Below, one piece after another: positions 39,351-52,454 of a stretch of DNA of 59,029 bases. The position numbers and the translations under genes were made by a program. The stretch covers positions 1 through 59,029 of the forward strand of contig BTVY01000047.1 of assembly GCA_045863335.1 (NCBI GenBank). The letters are read 5' to 3'. This DNA comes from Candidatus Hydrogenedentota bacterium. GTDB lineage: Bacteria > Hydrogenedentota > Hydrogenedentia > Hydrogenedentales > SLHB01. Each line of letters opens with the position of its first letter. Positions within the stretch are counted from its first letter, which is position 1. A model generated the notes under the pieces. The model searched no databases, was not told the DNA's origin, and worked only from the letters and a program-made list of their open reading frames with translations.

Positions 39351-40442
39351 CTACACAAACAGCGTCGCCTCCGCCATCAACCCGGGACCAAACCCAAGCG
39401 CCACGCAGGGTCTCGGCGCATTCTGATCCCTCAAGCGCTTGAGGATAAACAGGATCGTCGGCGACGACATATTGCCATGTTCCTTGAGCACCTCACGGGA
39501 GACGGCGACGGCGTCTCGGTCGAGACCGAGAGCCTTGGTAGTGGAACTGAGTATGCGGGGCCCGCCGGGGTGAACAGCCCATGACTTTATGTCATCTATC
39601 GAATATCCAGAGTCGCCTAACCATGACTTCATCCACGGTTTCAGGTGCGTCCCAATCAACTCCGGGACCCGGCTGGACAGAGACATAATGAACCCATTGT
39701 TCCCGATACGCCAGGTCATCGCATCCTCAGAGTCCGGGATCAGGCAGGAGCCGGTCGCCGCGACCTGCCACGGGCCAGGCCCATCCACGTTGGCCGCGGC
39801 TCCGACGATGGCGGCGGCACCGTCAGCAAACAGGGCATTGGCGACCAGTTGGTCCGGGTTCCAGCCGTAATGGTAATGAAGGCTGCACAACTCGACGGCG
39901 CACAGCAGAATCCGTGCGTTCGGGTTGCTTTCCGCGAAACCCCGCGCGGCGCGGATGCCGTTAAGTGCGCCATGACACCCCATAAACCCCACGTGGACCC
40001 GTTCCGCAGTCGGACGAAGTCCAAGCTGCTTGATGAGGCCGATGTCTACGCCTGGTGCCGCGAATCCACTGCACGACACGGTGACAAGATGCGTGATTGC
40101 CCCCGGCAGCACCTCGGACACCTCGAGCGCTTCCCGGCACGCCTGGACCGCAAGCGGCAGCGCCTCGTCCTCGTATTTGGCCATGCGCTCGCGAATGGAC
40201 GGCCCCATCTTGGCGGAACCGTTTGGTGCGGGGAAAAACGTCTGGCGGTCAGGAGCGCCTTCGGGCCCGGACAACACGCAACTGTTTCGGGATTGCACGC
40301 CGGTCATGCGATACAAGAGCTTGATCTGCCGCTGCTGCTCTTCCGTTTCGCAGAACGCTCCTTGCGCGTACGCAACGGCCTCTTCGTACGAGATGGCATA
40401 AGGGGGGACAGCGGTGCCTTGTCCGAGGATGGAGAATTTCAT
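39351..40442 (-). CDS. Type III polyketide synthase
   Basis: GFMGC (Cys), HPGG (His), GNMSS (Asn), GFGPGL. Confidence 0.95.
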   Translation of the reverse strand: MKFSILGQGTAVPPYAISYEEAVAYAQGAFCETEEQQRQIKLLYRMTGVQSRNSCVLSGPEGAPDRQTFFPAPNGSAKMGPSIRERMAKYEDEALPLAVQACREALEVSEVLPGAITHLVTVSCSGFAAPGVDIGLIKQLGLRPTAERVHVGFMGCHGALNGIRAARGFAESNPNARILLCAVELCSLHYHYGWNPDQLVANALFADGAAAIVGAAANVDGPGPWQVAATGSCLIPDSEDAMTWRIGNNGFIMSLSSRVPELIGTHLKPWMKSWLGDSGYSIDDIKSWAVHPGGPRILSSTTKALGLDRDAVAVSREVLKEHGNMSSPTILFILKRLRDQNAPRPCVALGFGPGLMAEATLFV

Positions 40443-41626
40443 GGTTCCGGTACTCCCTCAGGTACACGCACGGGGGCGTTGACGTGTCGAACAAAAGGGC
40501 CAGCCAAGACTGGCGCCCACGATAACAGATTCAACGAATGACGCACCAAGGCGGGCCGGCGCAGTCCCGCCGCGACGACGCGACAGACGAACTGGCGGCG
40601 CTGGACAATCCGGCGGTGCTCACGTTTCCACGCGCTTTCTACCGTCGCATCGAACCGGGCAACAGCCTCAGGAACCAGTTTCGCCGCGGCAAGGGCGGAG
40701 GAGAATGCCCACGCCATTCCCTCACCGGTAAATGGCTCGACGTAGCCTGCGGCATCCCCGAGAACGAGCGCCCGATGCGCGGACAGCCGGGTCGCCGTAC
40801 GGGTCAGTGCCGGTGTGCCACGCCAAGTTAGCTGTTCCAGATTCACGATGCCGGGTAAGCCGGCCGAATCCAAGATGCGTGAAGCCGCCCGAGCCAAACC
40901 GCCTTCGCGTCGCACGTAATCTGCGTCAAAGGCCGCCGCAATGTCCAGCCGGCCGTCTTCCAGGCGGACCAGCCCCACGTATCCGCCGTCGCCGCAAGCC
41001 ATGTAAATAATCCCGGGGCGGTATGCTTCCGGCGCATGAGATGCGATTGTTCCCGCGCCGATCCGAGAGCCGGCTCGTACGGACGGCTCGATCTCGCCGT
41101 CCCTGCGGAGTAGCCCGCCGCCAAGTCCATCCGCCGCGAGGACGAGACGCGCGGAGACTTCTCTCGTCGTTTCGTCCTGCCTGAGCCTCAGCGTGCGCGC
41201 CTGCGCGCTCACGTCGCCCGCACTCGCGCGCGTACGCGGCAGAAATTGGCACCCTGCCTCGATGGCCGATTGGACCAGGGCCGCGTCAAGTGTCTCGCGC
41301 GAAAGGGAGGCGTAGCCGGGCAGCGGGATCGTCGCGACGCGGTTTCCGGCCGCAAGGCGCAACGAGTCAATGGGCACCGCATTGCACTCGCTCAGTAAAC
41401 GCGATAAGCCCGCAGCGCGGAGCGTATCCTGCGCCCGGACGTTCAGGCAACACCCGCACACCTTCCATCGCGGAAACCCTGCCTTGTCTACGACCAACAC
41501 TTTGAATCCGTGCCGGGCAACTTCCCGCGCGGCCAACGCCCCCGCACAGCCCGCGCCCACGACGACAACGTCCCAAGACGCCCTTGCCGCGCCGGCGAAA
41601 TCGATGGTCTGTGGAACGGGACTCAC
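40439..41626 (-). CDS. FAD-dependent oxidoreductase
   Basis: VVGAGCAG, FPRWKVCG, ADG, GDAAGYVEPFTGEGM; GTG start overlaps the upstream stop. Confidence 0.88.
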   Translation of the reverse strand: MSPVPQTIDFAGAARASWDVVVVGAGCAGALAAREVARHGFKVLVVDKAGFPRWKVCGCCLNVRAQDTLRAAGLSRLLSECNAVPIDSLRLAAGNRVATIPLPGYASLSRETLDAALVQSAIEAGCQFLPRTRASAGDVSAQARTLRLRQDETTREVSARLVLAADGLGGGLLRRDGEIEPSVRAGSRIGAGTIASHAPEAYRPGIIYMACGDGGYVGLVRLEDGRLDIAAAFDADYVRREGGLARAASRILDSAGLPGIVNLEQLTWRGTPALTRTATRLSAHRALVLGDAAGYVEPFTGEGMAWAFSSALAAAKLVPEAVARFDATVESAWKREHRRIVQRRQFVCRVVAAGLRRPALVRHSLNLLSWAPVLAGPFVRHVNAPVRVPEGVPEP

Positions 41627-42336
41627 GGGCGGCTCCAGGTGAACAAGAACCGAAAGGGCCACTGCCAGGAGATGGAGTATCCCTGAAGGCCGGACTCGGC
41701 AGCCAGGCGGCTAAACTCTTCCATTGTGAAGGACGCGGCCACGGACGAGGGACCGTCGTTGTGGACCACATCGGAGCGGGTGATCACCCGGCACACGGCG
41801 TGGGCAAGCAGGAACCCGGCACGACCCCGGATCAAATCGCTCACCAACACCATGCGCGCGCGCCGGGCCGCGGATTGGAGCACACGGATCACGTCTTCAT
41901 TGCGGAGGTGATGGAGGAAGAGCGAACTCGTGACGATTTCGAACCCATCCGGAATACCGTCCTTGACCACATCATGCACGAAGAACTTCGCTTCGACGCC
42001 GCGTGCCGTTGCTTGCCCATTCGCATAGTCAACCGAGATCGGACTGATGTCGCATCCGTAAACTTCCAGGGGCAGTCCCGCGCGTGCCGCCCATTGTTTC
42101 AACTGGATCGGCGTGTCTCCCGCGCCGGAGGCGAGATCCAGCAGGCGGACCGGCCGCGATGCATCGCGGGCGAAACCAGTTTGAATGGGTTTGCGGAAGG
42201 CGTAAGAGGTCAGGCTAAGGAGATTAATGCGTTCGAGCCCACGCAGTGCGCCCACATGGCGTTCCACGTGAAGACCGGGCTGGTCCAGAATCTCGGGTTC
42301 CAATCGGCGGAAACTAACATCGACGAAACCAGCCAT
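41623..42336 (-). CDS. SAM-dependent methyltransferase
   Basis: LLDLASGAGD and SLFLHHL. Confidence 0.88.
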   Translation of the reverse strand: MAGFVDVSFRRLEPEILDQPGLHVERHVGALRGLERINLLSLTSYAFRKPIQTGFARDASRPVRLLDLASGAGDTPIQLKQWAARAGLPLEVYGCDISPISVDYANGQATARGVEAKFFVHDVVKDGIPDGFEIVTSSLFLHHLRNEDVIRVLQSAARRARMVLVSDLIRGRAGFLLAHAVCRVITRSDVVHNDGPSSVAASFTMEEFSRLAAESGLQGYSISWQWPFRFLFTWSRP

Positions 42337-42402
42337 AACAACCTCGTAGTACTGCCACCGGACACATCGGGGAACGAAGCGCGTGCCGGTATGAAAGGCC
42401 TG

Positions 42403-42744
42403 TCAATACCGTGGCAGCGACGAATCCACGTGGACTGCGTAGAGGTCGATACCGCCGGATAGATTCGTCACGCGCGGAAATCCGCGGCTCATCAGAAAGT
42501 GTTGTGCCTGGGCCGAACGGACGCCATGGTGGCACATCACAACAATCTCTCGATCCCGGCATGGTTCGAGTTCGGCTAAACGCGATTCCAGTTCATGTAA
42601 GGGTATATGGATGCAGTCAGCCAGTCTTGCAACGTCAAGCTCATTATGCGTACGGACATCCAGGAGCACGAAGGAACTGTTGGCGTCCATACGCTCCTTC
42701 AATTCCCGCGGCGTACACGACGCAGCGCCTCGCAACATGGGCAC
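42403..42744 (-). CDS. Rhodanese-like sulfurtransferase
   Basis: LLDVR, CHHGVRS, NLSGGI. Confidence 0.88.
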   Translation of the reverse strand: MPMLRGAASCTPRELKERMDANSSFVLLDVRTHNELDVARLADCIHIPLHELESRLAELEPCRDREIVVMCHHGVRSAQAQHFLMSRGFPRVTNLSGGIDLYAVHVDSSLPRY

Positions 42745-42821
42745 GTGTTCCTTCTATTCAGCCGGGACCGCCTTTAATGTCACGGCCCGCTCGATCGCTG
42801 GAGAAGCGAATCTAAAGCAAC

Positions 42822-44855
<2,034 letters not shown>

Positions 44856-45157
44856 TTACTAAGGAAAACCCTGATCGAACAGGATTTATTGCGGGTTCCA
44901 CGCGCGGAGGAGTGAGCCGGATGATGCTGCTCCCGGCACCTTATAGACCGCGACGCGGACACGTGCACCTTTGCGCAGCTTGCACTTACTAGGCTACCAC
45001 CGCGACGGCTGGAAATCAAAGCCAGCGGAGTCGCGAAACCACAATGACCGACCCCGCGGAGAACTGACACCAAACTTGAACGCTTTGGTGCCGGCAGGCG
45101 TCCTATAATAGAATCAACCGAGCACAGCGCTCCCAACCAAAAAGGGGGACCCACATT

Positions 45158-46093
45158 ATGAAGACTGGACTAGGCATCTTGGGTTGGATCGTGGCGGCCC
45201 TGGGAATTGCGGCCGCAGTAACCCTGTACTCCGCAAACCAATCCCTCAAGGCGCAGTTGGGGCAGGCAACTACAAATCTCGCCGCGCCCGATATCGCGTC
45301 GAGCGAAGGTGCTACCGGCGCGGATGCGCCAGAGGCCTCCGGCGCCGTCGCCAGTGACGACCCGGATACCGTAGACTTGGCAGAGGCGACTCCATCTGAA
45401 GACGGCGAGGATGAGGCGCCCGGCGATTCAACAGATGCACAACCCGATCCCGAGGAAACCGCTGAAAACGCCACCTCAGGTCAAGGCGATTCCATGCGCC
45501 GCGCCGCGCGCGCGCAGATGGGTGTCATGGTCGGCATGACGTACAACCCCCTGCTCGACCGCCTGGCCCTCCCTGTGGAAACCCGGGAATCGGTAAACGA
45601 CATCCTCATCGACGCCTTCCAGGAATCGCAACAGGCAAACGTGCAGGACATGATGTCCGGCTCGACCACCGCGAAAGAAGCGAAGGCCAAGCAGGACGCC
45701 ATCGACGCGAAAGTACGCAAGCAGCTCACGGACGTGCTGAACGAGGAACAAATCGCCGAATGGGATACCTACCAGGATTTCGCGGACGAGGTCCTCTACG
45801 AGTCCCTACTGGATGGGCAGCTCGCGATGCTGGCTCCCAACCTCTCTGACGAGGCTCGGGAAACGGCGAAGATTGTGCTCGCCGAAGAACTCGCCGCGGA
45901 ACTCGACCGGTTCTACGAAACCGATACGGTCTACACCTTGGACAGCTTCAACCAAGCCCAATTGGCTGGACTCAACAACGGCATGGCGAAAATGCCCGAA
46001 ACCATCGACGACGAGCAATACACCCATCTCACCGGCTTCATCAATCAGGTCGAGGTTGCGTTTCAGCAAATGGCCGGCCAGTCCAATCAATAG
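45158..46093 (+). CDS. Membrane-anchored acidic hypothetical protein
   Basis: N-terminal TM helix, low-complexity linker, helical C-terminal part. Confidence 0.75.
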   Translation: MKTGLGILGWIVAALGIAAAVTLYSANQSLKAQLGQATTNLAAPDIASSEGATGADAPEASGAVASDDPDTVDLAEATPSEDGEDEAPGDSTDAQPDPEETAENATSGQGDSMRRAARAQMGVMVGMTYNPLLDRLALPVETRESVNDILIDAFQESQQANVQDMMSGSTTAKEAKAKQDAIDAKVRKQLTDVLNEEQIAEWDTYQDFADEVLYESLLDGQLAMLAPNLSDEARETAKIVLAEELAAELDRFYETDTVYTLDSFNQAQLAGLNNGMAKMPETIDDEQYTHLTGFINQVEVAFQQMAGQSNQ

Positions 46094-46108
46094 CGAGCAC
46101 AGATTTCA

Positions 46109-46912
46109 CTATCCGCTTCCTCTACCCGGATGAGGCTTCCGCTGGGCTTCCTTTGAACCGCCGGCATCACTTGCGGACGCCAACTCCGTCCACGCCAGAA
46201 ACTCGTCCGTAGATAAGACGTAGTCGTACCCGGTGTCTCGGATCTCCTGCTCGCGCGTGGATTCACGGGCACTGTTCGTTGCGTCGCGAACGCACATGGT
46301 CGTGTACCCGAGGCGCTGGGCGGACGCGGCGGTCTTACCCAGGCACGCCCCTGTGTGACCACCGACAAACACGATGTTCTTCGCGCCAAGGTTACGCAGC
46401 ACGAAATCGAGACTGCTCGAGGCGAACGCGTCCTGCCCGGTCTTCGGCAGCACATACTCGCCCTCGCGAATGCCCAAGGCCTTGGCGGGTTGCGAACCGG
46501 GCTGATCGATATGGCCGCTCCACTTGCCGTAGTCCGTGCCGTGTTCCTTGAGCATCGAATTGCGAATGTCGGGATCCAGATCCATGCCGTCCTCGAATCG
46601 ATAGCCCCAGTGCACGAATATCATGGGAAGGCGGGCCGCCCTGCAAGCGTCGGCCACCTTGACGGCGTTGGGCAACGCCACGTTCCAGGCATGGTCGTTG
46701 GCGGCATTGACGTCCTCCGCCGTGAACCCCATTTCCCGCCATAAGGAAGGTATCTGGTCGATGGCGAGCGGGGCTGGTTTGGTTCCTTCCTGGATGTCGA
46801 TCGAGATAAACACACAGTGCTGGAAGAATGACGCGTCCGGCGCATCCGACTGTGTCTCCGATTCCGCTGCCGCACAAATTGCGGCGCAGCACAACGCGAG
46901 AAATGTATGCAT
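46109..46912 (-). CDS. Isochorismatase-family cysteine hydrolase with signal peptide
   Basis: IDIQ (Asp), LPKTGQDAF (Lys), GHTGAC (Cys). Confidence 0.85.
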   Translation of the reverse strand: MHTFLALCCAAICAAAESETQSDAPDASFFQHCVFISIDIQEGTKPAPLAIDQIPSLWREMGFTAEDVNAANDHAWNVALPNAVKVADACRAARLPMIFVHWGYRFEDGMDLDPDIRNSMLKEHGTDYGKWSGHIDQPGSQPAKALGIREGEYVLPKTGQDAFASSSLDFVLRNLGAKNIVFVGGHTGACLGKTAASAQRLGYTTMCVRDATNSARESTREQEIRDTGYDYVLSTDEFLAWTELASASDAGGSKEAQRKPHPGRGSG

Positions 46913-46922
46913 GCCTATCGTG

Positions 46923-48458
46923 TCACTCCAGCCCCAGCTCACCCTGAATCGCGGCAAGCTCTTCGCGCAATCGATCCAACGTAAGGGACTCGCCGAAAGG
47001 TTTCCGCGCGCTCTCGGCATAAAGCTGCGCCATACGTTCGGCACATGCCGAATCGATCTCCCCGTATTCGATGAGTCCCGTCACAACGTCGAGCTTCTCA
47101 AGCAACGGGAAGCTCTGTCGATTCATGGTTTGTCCGTCCGCCAGCTTCGGCAATCCATCGAGATCCCCCTCGAACCGTCGCAGGAGACGATCAAGTTTGG
47201 CGGCGTTCAGGATTTCCGGAGACGGTGGAGAGCTTCGATACGCTGCAATAAACGAATCCGGCGAGGTCCGCCATTTGTACCGCGAGTGCGGCGAAAACGG
47301 CTTGGGCGGTCCTTCATCGAGAATGACGAGATTCCACTGTTTATCTTGCGCGAACGGGCGTTCCACATCGGGAGGAGAAGGCGGTTCCTTCTCTTCCTTC
47401 AGAAAGTGTTCCAGCAAAATCTCGTGCATGCCTTCAGCCAGGGGAATACGATGAATCGAAACTTCGTCCTCCGGCAGAAGATTCACGAAACGATGCCGCG
47501 CCTTATCCGGCAAGGTCAGCGCATCAAAGTCCCTCTGATAGTTCTCGGGAAACAGGGAAGTATCGAGTTCCGTACCCGGGGCGGCCATCATCTGCTCTAT
47601 CGGAACGAGCATGTCGCCTGTCGCGCACAGGATTTGCGTCGGGCAGGTAATACGGTCCAGGTACGCGATGGGGCTGATGAGAAAGTAGGCGTCTGACGAG
47701 AAGTCATTTCCAAACACGCCGGCCGATTGGTCGGCAAGACCCGTGATCGAGCACAGGATGGGCAACGGGCTGCGCTTGAGGTCGGACAGGGCCTTGAAGT
47801 CAGCCAGTGGATAGCCCGACGCGGGTTTGTTCACATCGAGGTAGTTCAAATTATACGCCCAGTTGCAGACCGGCGACTCGGCAGTCGCCGAGACCACGGG
47901 GAAAAAGTCCGCGCTCATCGCAAGCGCCATGTACCCGCCCGCGCTGCCGCCATCGATGTGGAGATGAACGGGATCGATGAACGGTAGACGCCGCACCCAT
48001 TGGAGCAATGCCCGGGAAAGGTTATTGCTGTCGCCGGTACAGAGTTCGAGCGGATATCCGCCCTGCTGCGGGTCGCCGTAATGGGGCGTTACAACCACGT
48101 ATCCCTGCTCGCACCAGTGCCGCGCGCCATCCATAGATTTTTCGTAGTGTACGTGACAAAACGGCGGGATTGGCTCACCGGACTCCAAGGCCGTGACCTT
48201 GACGTATAGACGCCCCTGACCATGCTTTGTTGCACCGCGTATATCGCGATAAGGAACCTCGACGGTCACGTACCCGTAGTCCGGATCCTTTTCGTCCATG
48301 CCGTATTCGACAATGCGAACCGCACCGTCGAATCCGGATTCACTGCGGATGTGCTCCTCGAGTAGTGCCGTGTCCGCGCGGGCTGCGGTCGCAGCAATTG
48401 CAAGACATGCCAAGAACGATACAAATTGAAATACTGCCCTTCGTATCATGGAATTCAT
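46923..48458 (-). CDS. Secreted alpha/beta-hydrolase-fold protein
   Basis: Signal peptide ending AARA-D; GGSAGG nucleophile elbow; GDMLVP. Confidence 0.7.
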   Translation of the reverse strand: MNSMIRRAVFQFVSFLACLAIAATAARADTALLEEHIRSESGFDGAVRIVEYGMDEKDPDYGYVTVEVPYRDIRGATKHGQGRLYVKVTALESGEPIPPFCHVHYEKSMDGARHWCEQGYVVVTPHYGDPQQGGYPLELCTGDSNNLSRALLQWVRRLPFIDPVHLHIDGGSAGGYMALAMSADFFPVVSATAESPVCNWAYNLNYLDVNKPASGYPLADFKALSDLKRSPLPILCSITGLADQSAGVFGNDFSSDAYFLISPIAYLDRITCPTQILCATGDMLVPIEQMMAAPGTELDTSLFPENYQRDFDALTLPDKARHRFVNLLPEDEVSIHRIPLAEGMHEILLEHFLKEEKEPPSPPDVERPFAQDKQWNLVILDEGPPKPFSPHSRYKWRTSPDSFIAAYRSSPPSPEILNAAKLDRLLRRFEGDLDGLPKLADGQTMNRQSFPLLEKLDVVTGLIEYGEIDSACAERMAQLYAESARKPFGESLTLDRLREELAAIQGELGLE

Positions 48459-48477
48459 CGTCCCCCCCTGTCGCTCG

Positions 48478-49380
48478 CTATCCCGTGACCGTGGCAAACC
48501 CTTTCAAGGGCGTCCACTTCAGGTCGTCGTCCGTGATGGTCAGGTCGGCGAGAATCTGTTCGCAGGTCCGTTCGTCGCGGTTCGGATACCCCAGGCTCGC
48601 GATCTCATGCGCGTCCGTGCCGAGCGTGAACTTGGTTCCGTGCAGCCGCGCTTCCTGAATCAGATCCCGAAACCATTCCAGCGCGTTGTCCGCGTGCCGC
48701 GGGTTGATCTCAAAAGCCATGTTCGCGGATGCGGCGGCCTTGAGCACCTCGACTAAGCGGTCCTCATCGTAGGCCTTGAGCACGGCCTGCAGCTCATCCG
48801 GACTCAACTTCTTGTTCAGCTTCGCGTGGTAGAAAGGATGCCCGATCGTGTCAGCGTACCCTAACGATGCCGCGCCCATGAGCATGTCGAGATAGTGATC
48901 CGCGTAGGCTTCAGGCGTGCCCGGTTCGGGATTCTCCACGTGTCTGAGGTGGTAGTGATTGCAGGATACCAGCACGTAGTCGAGTTGTGCCGCGATTTCG
49001 TCGCCCACCGCGCAGGTCTTCGGATCGATCATAGTCGACTCAGTGCCGATCAAAACCGTCATGCCCGTCTCGACCGATTCCGCCTCTGCGCGATTGGCTT
49101 TGAATTTCTCCGTGAATTCGGTCCGTTCGTCGATTCGATCGATATGCTCGGAAATCCCCATGAGGGTGAGCCCGTACGCGTCGTTAGTCGCGATCATGTC
49201 TTTGACGATAGCGTCGGGCTTCCCGCCGGCGCGCCACGTGTGCATGTGCCAATCCTGACGGATTCGATAGGGTTGCGTCACCGCGCCGCGTGCGACGAGA
49301 GCCGCGGAAACTGCGGTAGTGATAACGAGGAATTCGCGTCGGGAAACGGATTGACCCTCAGAGTACATCGTTTTCTCCAT
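48478..49380 (-). CDS. Tat-exported PHP-domain metallohydrolase
   Basis: SRREFL Tat motif; DWHMHT, SEH, GHP, GTDAH. Confidence 0.85.
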   Translation of the reverse strand: MEKTMYSEGQSVSRREFLVITTAVSAALVARGAVTQPYRIRQDWHMHTWRAGGKPDAIVKDMIATNDAYGLTLMGISEHIDRIDERTEFTEKFKANRAEAESVETGMTVLIGTESTMIDPKTCAVGDEIAAQLDYVLVSCNHYHLRHVENPEPGTPEAYADHYLDMLMGAASLGYADTIGHPFYHAKLNKKLSPDELQAVLKAYDEDRLVEVLKAAASANMAFEINPRHADNALEWFRDLIQEARLHGTKFTLGTDAHEIASLGYPNRDERTCEQILADLTITDDDLKWTPLKGFATVTG

Positions 49381-49694
49381 CGTTGCCGTTACAGGCTAAT
49401 TCCCGGGAAGCACGATACGTGAATCGTGACGGTTTTGCCAAACGGCCGGTGATTGGTGCTGAACTGCATGCCGACTGACAGCACGTTGTCCTCGCGAAGA
49501 CTCTGTCTCGGGCGACAACATGATCAACTGGCCGTTCGTGTTCCCTCGTGCGGTCGCCCGCAAGCCAGTCGACCGCCGTTTGACCTAGACCGCGGGTTCA
49601 CTTCGCGGCCTTCGCGATTCCACGCATGCGAAGCCAGACCGCACAATCGGCGGTGCATAGAACACTTGTGCGTCGTCTCCAAAGCGAACCGTTT

Positions 49695-49731
49695 TTCAAA
49701 GAGAGAGACCGGCCCCGAGAAGACCGGTCTC
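49695..49731 (-). terminator. Intrinsic terminator
   Basis: GAGACCGG...CCGGTCTC hairpin followed by a T-rich tract on the minus strand. Confidence 0.6.
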
Positions 49732-49770
49732 TTAGCATTGATTCGCGGTGCACTGGCTATCGTACGGTGT

Positions 49771-50775
49771 CTATTGCACGCCGGAAACCACACCCATCCA
49801 TTGGTCAAGCTTATCGCCATACGTGCCGGCAGGTCCGTTGGCCACTGGAAACTCGGTGCCGTACCGGATGAACGTAACGTGACCGTCCATGTACAACACG
49901 TTCGAACCGCCCGGGACATGATTGTAGCCTGCGACGATGTTCATTCCGAAGAAGGAATTATTTCCGGACCACGTATCCCACATGAATGGTATCTCGCTCT
50001 GCGCTTTCGCGCTGCCAGCGGGATTGTTGATATCAGTCACCACAAAGCGCTCCACTCCTTCGCGCAACGCCAAGTACGAATCGGGCAGTGCCGAGCCGTC
50101 ATCATCAACGTAAGCCGACGTCAACGGCAACCCCAACCCAGCGTGGTCAACGTCACCCTCAACTACCGGCTGCGGCACGCCCCCAACCTGCGTGTACCAG
50201 ACCGTGTCGGGACATCCGAAAGGCTCGACTGTCGCCGATGAAAGTGAAACCTGGGCCGCGAGCTTCGCGAAGAAGATACTGCCCATCACATCGAGGAGTT
50301 GCCCCGAGGTTTCCGTCAAGTACGGTACGTAAGTGTAGGACGGGAGCGTGGAGACCATGGCGCGAAAGCACAGTGCGGCGTCTTGGTCTGAATAGGCTAG
50401 TCCCGCGGCCTGCGCAATCCGGTCGGAATAATCGGACGCATCAGTCAACAACATCAGCGAATCAGATGGACAAAGGGCGATCGCCGCGTCGGTTAGATAC
50501 TCCGGATACAGCGCCGGGCCGTCGGGACCCATGATGGCGACGGTGCTCAAGGACGACCACGAGATATCCGGGAAACGCTCCCCGTTGCTCTCATTGGTGT
50601 ACATTTTGAACACGATTCCCCATTGCTTCAAGTTGTTCTGGCACGAGGCGCGGCGGGCGGCTTCGCGCGCGCGAGCCAATGCCGGCAACAGGATTGCCGC
50701 CAAGATTCCGATGATAGCGATGACGACGAGCAGTTCGATCAGCGTAAACCCTTTTTGATGGCGTTGCACTACCAT
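49771..50775 (-). CDS. DUF1559 / prepilin-type protein with H-X9-DG motif
   Basis: [37 protein letters not shown]; GGAGGG RBS before ATG 50775. Confidence 0.92.
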   Translation of the reverse strand: MVVQRHQKGFTLIELLVVIAIIGILAAILLPALARAREAARRASCQNNLKQWGIVFKMYTNESNGERFPDISWSSLSTVAIMGPDGPALYPEYLTDAAIALCPSDSLMLLTDASDYSDRIAQAAGLAYSDQDAALCFRAMVSTLPSYTYVPYLTETSGQLLDVMGSIFFAKLAAQVSLSSATVEPFGCPDTVWYTQVGGVPQPVVEGDVDHAGLGLPLTSAYVDDDGSALPDSYLALREGVERFVVTDINNPAGSAKAQSEIPFMWDTWSGNNSFFGMNIVAGYNHVPGGSNVLYMDGHVTFIRYGTEFPVANGPAGTYGDKLDQWMGVVSGVQ

Positions 50776-50991
50776 TTTTTTGCCCTCCATGCGCAAGTTG
50801 TACCCCAATACACAAAAAGTACGCAGCACGCTGTCGCCCTCCACGTCCTTAAAGCCGGTGGCAGGGGCAACACCGCAATACTTCGCGAAATCTGACCGAT
50901 GCAGCCGGGCGCACGCTCGACATTTCCAGGCAACACCTCCCGGAAAGGGCCGATGCATAACGCCGGTATTCAGAAACTCTTTCGAGCGGTG

Positions 50992-52140
50992 CTACGCCGA
51001 TTCGGCCTCCACCGTCACGACGCCTTTGGGTTCTTCCACGAGCGGTCCGGATGGGATCGCGATGCGTTGCGCTTGCGCTTCGGGCGACGCCATGCGCGCC
51101 CGCAACACCTTGGCACTCTCCGTTCCCAGGGTTATGGCCCGCTGAGCGACCGTCGTCGCCAGAGGAACGGGAGGAAACTCGGCACAGGGATGCATGTCGT
51201 CAATGGCGGCAAAGGCGATGTCTTCCGGAGTCGAAAATCCGAGCGCAGCCGTCTCACGATGAACGCGAAACATGACCTTGTCGTGCATGCACACGAAGGC
51301 CGTGGGCTTGTCGCGCATGGCCATGACATCGCGAATCGCGTTGCGGCAGTTGTCGGTGAGGTCCGCAAAATCAATCGCAATCGGTTCAAAGGGTTCGACG
51401 GGACCCCCTCCGATTCGAGGTTTCGCCTGAGTCTCCTCCATGGCCCGCCGATAACCCCGATATCGGTCCAACGCGCTGGATACACCCGGACGGTATCCCG
51501 CGAAAGCAATCCGGCGATGGCCGTTCGCTATCAGTGCCTTGGTAAGGGTATACCCCATCTCCTCGTTCGCGGAGGTGACGCAGTCCACACCGGGATAGTC
51601 GACGTAGCGATCCACCAGAACAATGGGGAATCGCCGGCGCCGAAGGCTGTTGAGGAATGCGCGCAGGGTCGGCGTGTCGTGCTCCAACCAAGCGACCAGA
51701 CCGCTGACACCGCTATCCACGATTGACCGAAGCGCTTGAACTTCAGATTGGTGATCGGAATGTAGGTGGTAGGCGATGGCGGGGACTTTATGGTGTCCCA
51801 TGTACGCCATGAATCCCTCGACCACGCGGCGGGAGTACCGGCTCTCGAACTTGGGAAACGAGATTACCACGGGCCGGTTCGACCCCAAATCGGCGACGGG
51901 AATGTGGTTCGGCAACGGCGCCACGTAGGTCCCGCTACCACGGCGCCGAATCACGTAACCCTCGACCTCCAACTCCCGCAGCGCGAGTCGCGTGCGGTTT
52001 CGGCTCACGCCCAGTTCCCGGGCCAGTTGATATTCCGAAGGTACCCGAGCCCCGCTTGGCAACTCCCCATTCTCGATACGGCGCCGAATGAATACCTTGA
52101 TGTCCTCGTAAACCGGGGCTCGTTGGGTCGGTTCAGCCAC
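50992..52140 (-). CDS. GntR-family regulator with LacI-type ligand-binding domain (AraR-like)
   Basis: VPSEYQLARELGVSR...GSGTYV; PIVLVDR; GHRRIAF. Confidence 0.9.
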   Translation of the reverse strand: MAEPTQRAPVYEDIKVFIRRRIENGELPSGARVPSEYQLARELGVSRNRTRLALRELEVEGYVIRRRGSGTYVAPLPNHIPVADLGSNRPVVISFPKFESRYSRRVVEGFMAYMGHHKVPAIAYHLHSDHQSEVQALRSIVDSGVSGLVAWLEHDTPTLRAFLNSLRRRRFPIVLVDRYVDYPGVDCVTSANEEMGYTLTKALIANGHRRIAFAGYRPGVSSALDRYRGYRRAMEETQAKPRIGGGPVEPFEPIAIDFADLTDNCRNAIRDVMAMRDKPTAFVCMHDKVMFRVHRETAALGFSTPEDIAFAAIDDMHPCAEFPPVPLATTVAQRAITLGTESAKVLRARMASPEAQAQRIAIPSGPLVEEPKGVVTVEAESA

Positions 52141-52164
52141 AAGACGTCTCCAAGCTAGGGCGTT

Positions 52165-52193
52165 AATTTATCCCAGATGCCTGAATTTGTCAA
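52165..52193 (-). promoter_or_regulatory. Sigma70-type promoter of the GntR gene
   Basis: Minus strand TTGACA, 17 nt, TAAATT. Confidence 0.65.
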
Positions 52194-52454
52194 TGCACCT
52201 ATCGCACCTGTAAAAAGTTAGCTACCCAATTTATCGAATCACACTCCCAAGAATCGATCTGCTACGGCGGCTTGGTTACCGGGCGCTTGCCAGGATTTCT
52301 CACACCCACCAACGTACGTCACAAATCTTCGTAGGTTTGGAGCGAATTTATCGCGTAATGACTGGAGGACGGCACCCGGCCGTGCCGGGCGGCGGTGCGA
52401 GTCAATATGCGCAGCCTCGCAACAATCCGCCAAGCAACCTTCCCCTGACGACCG

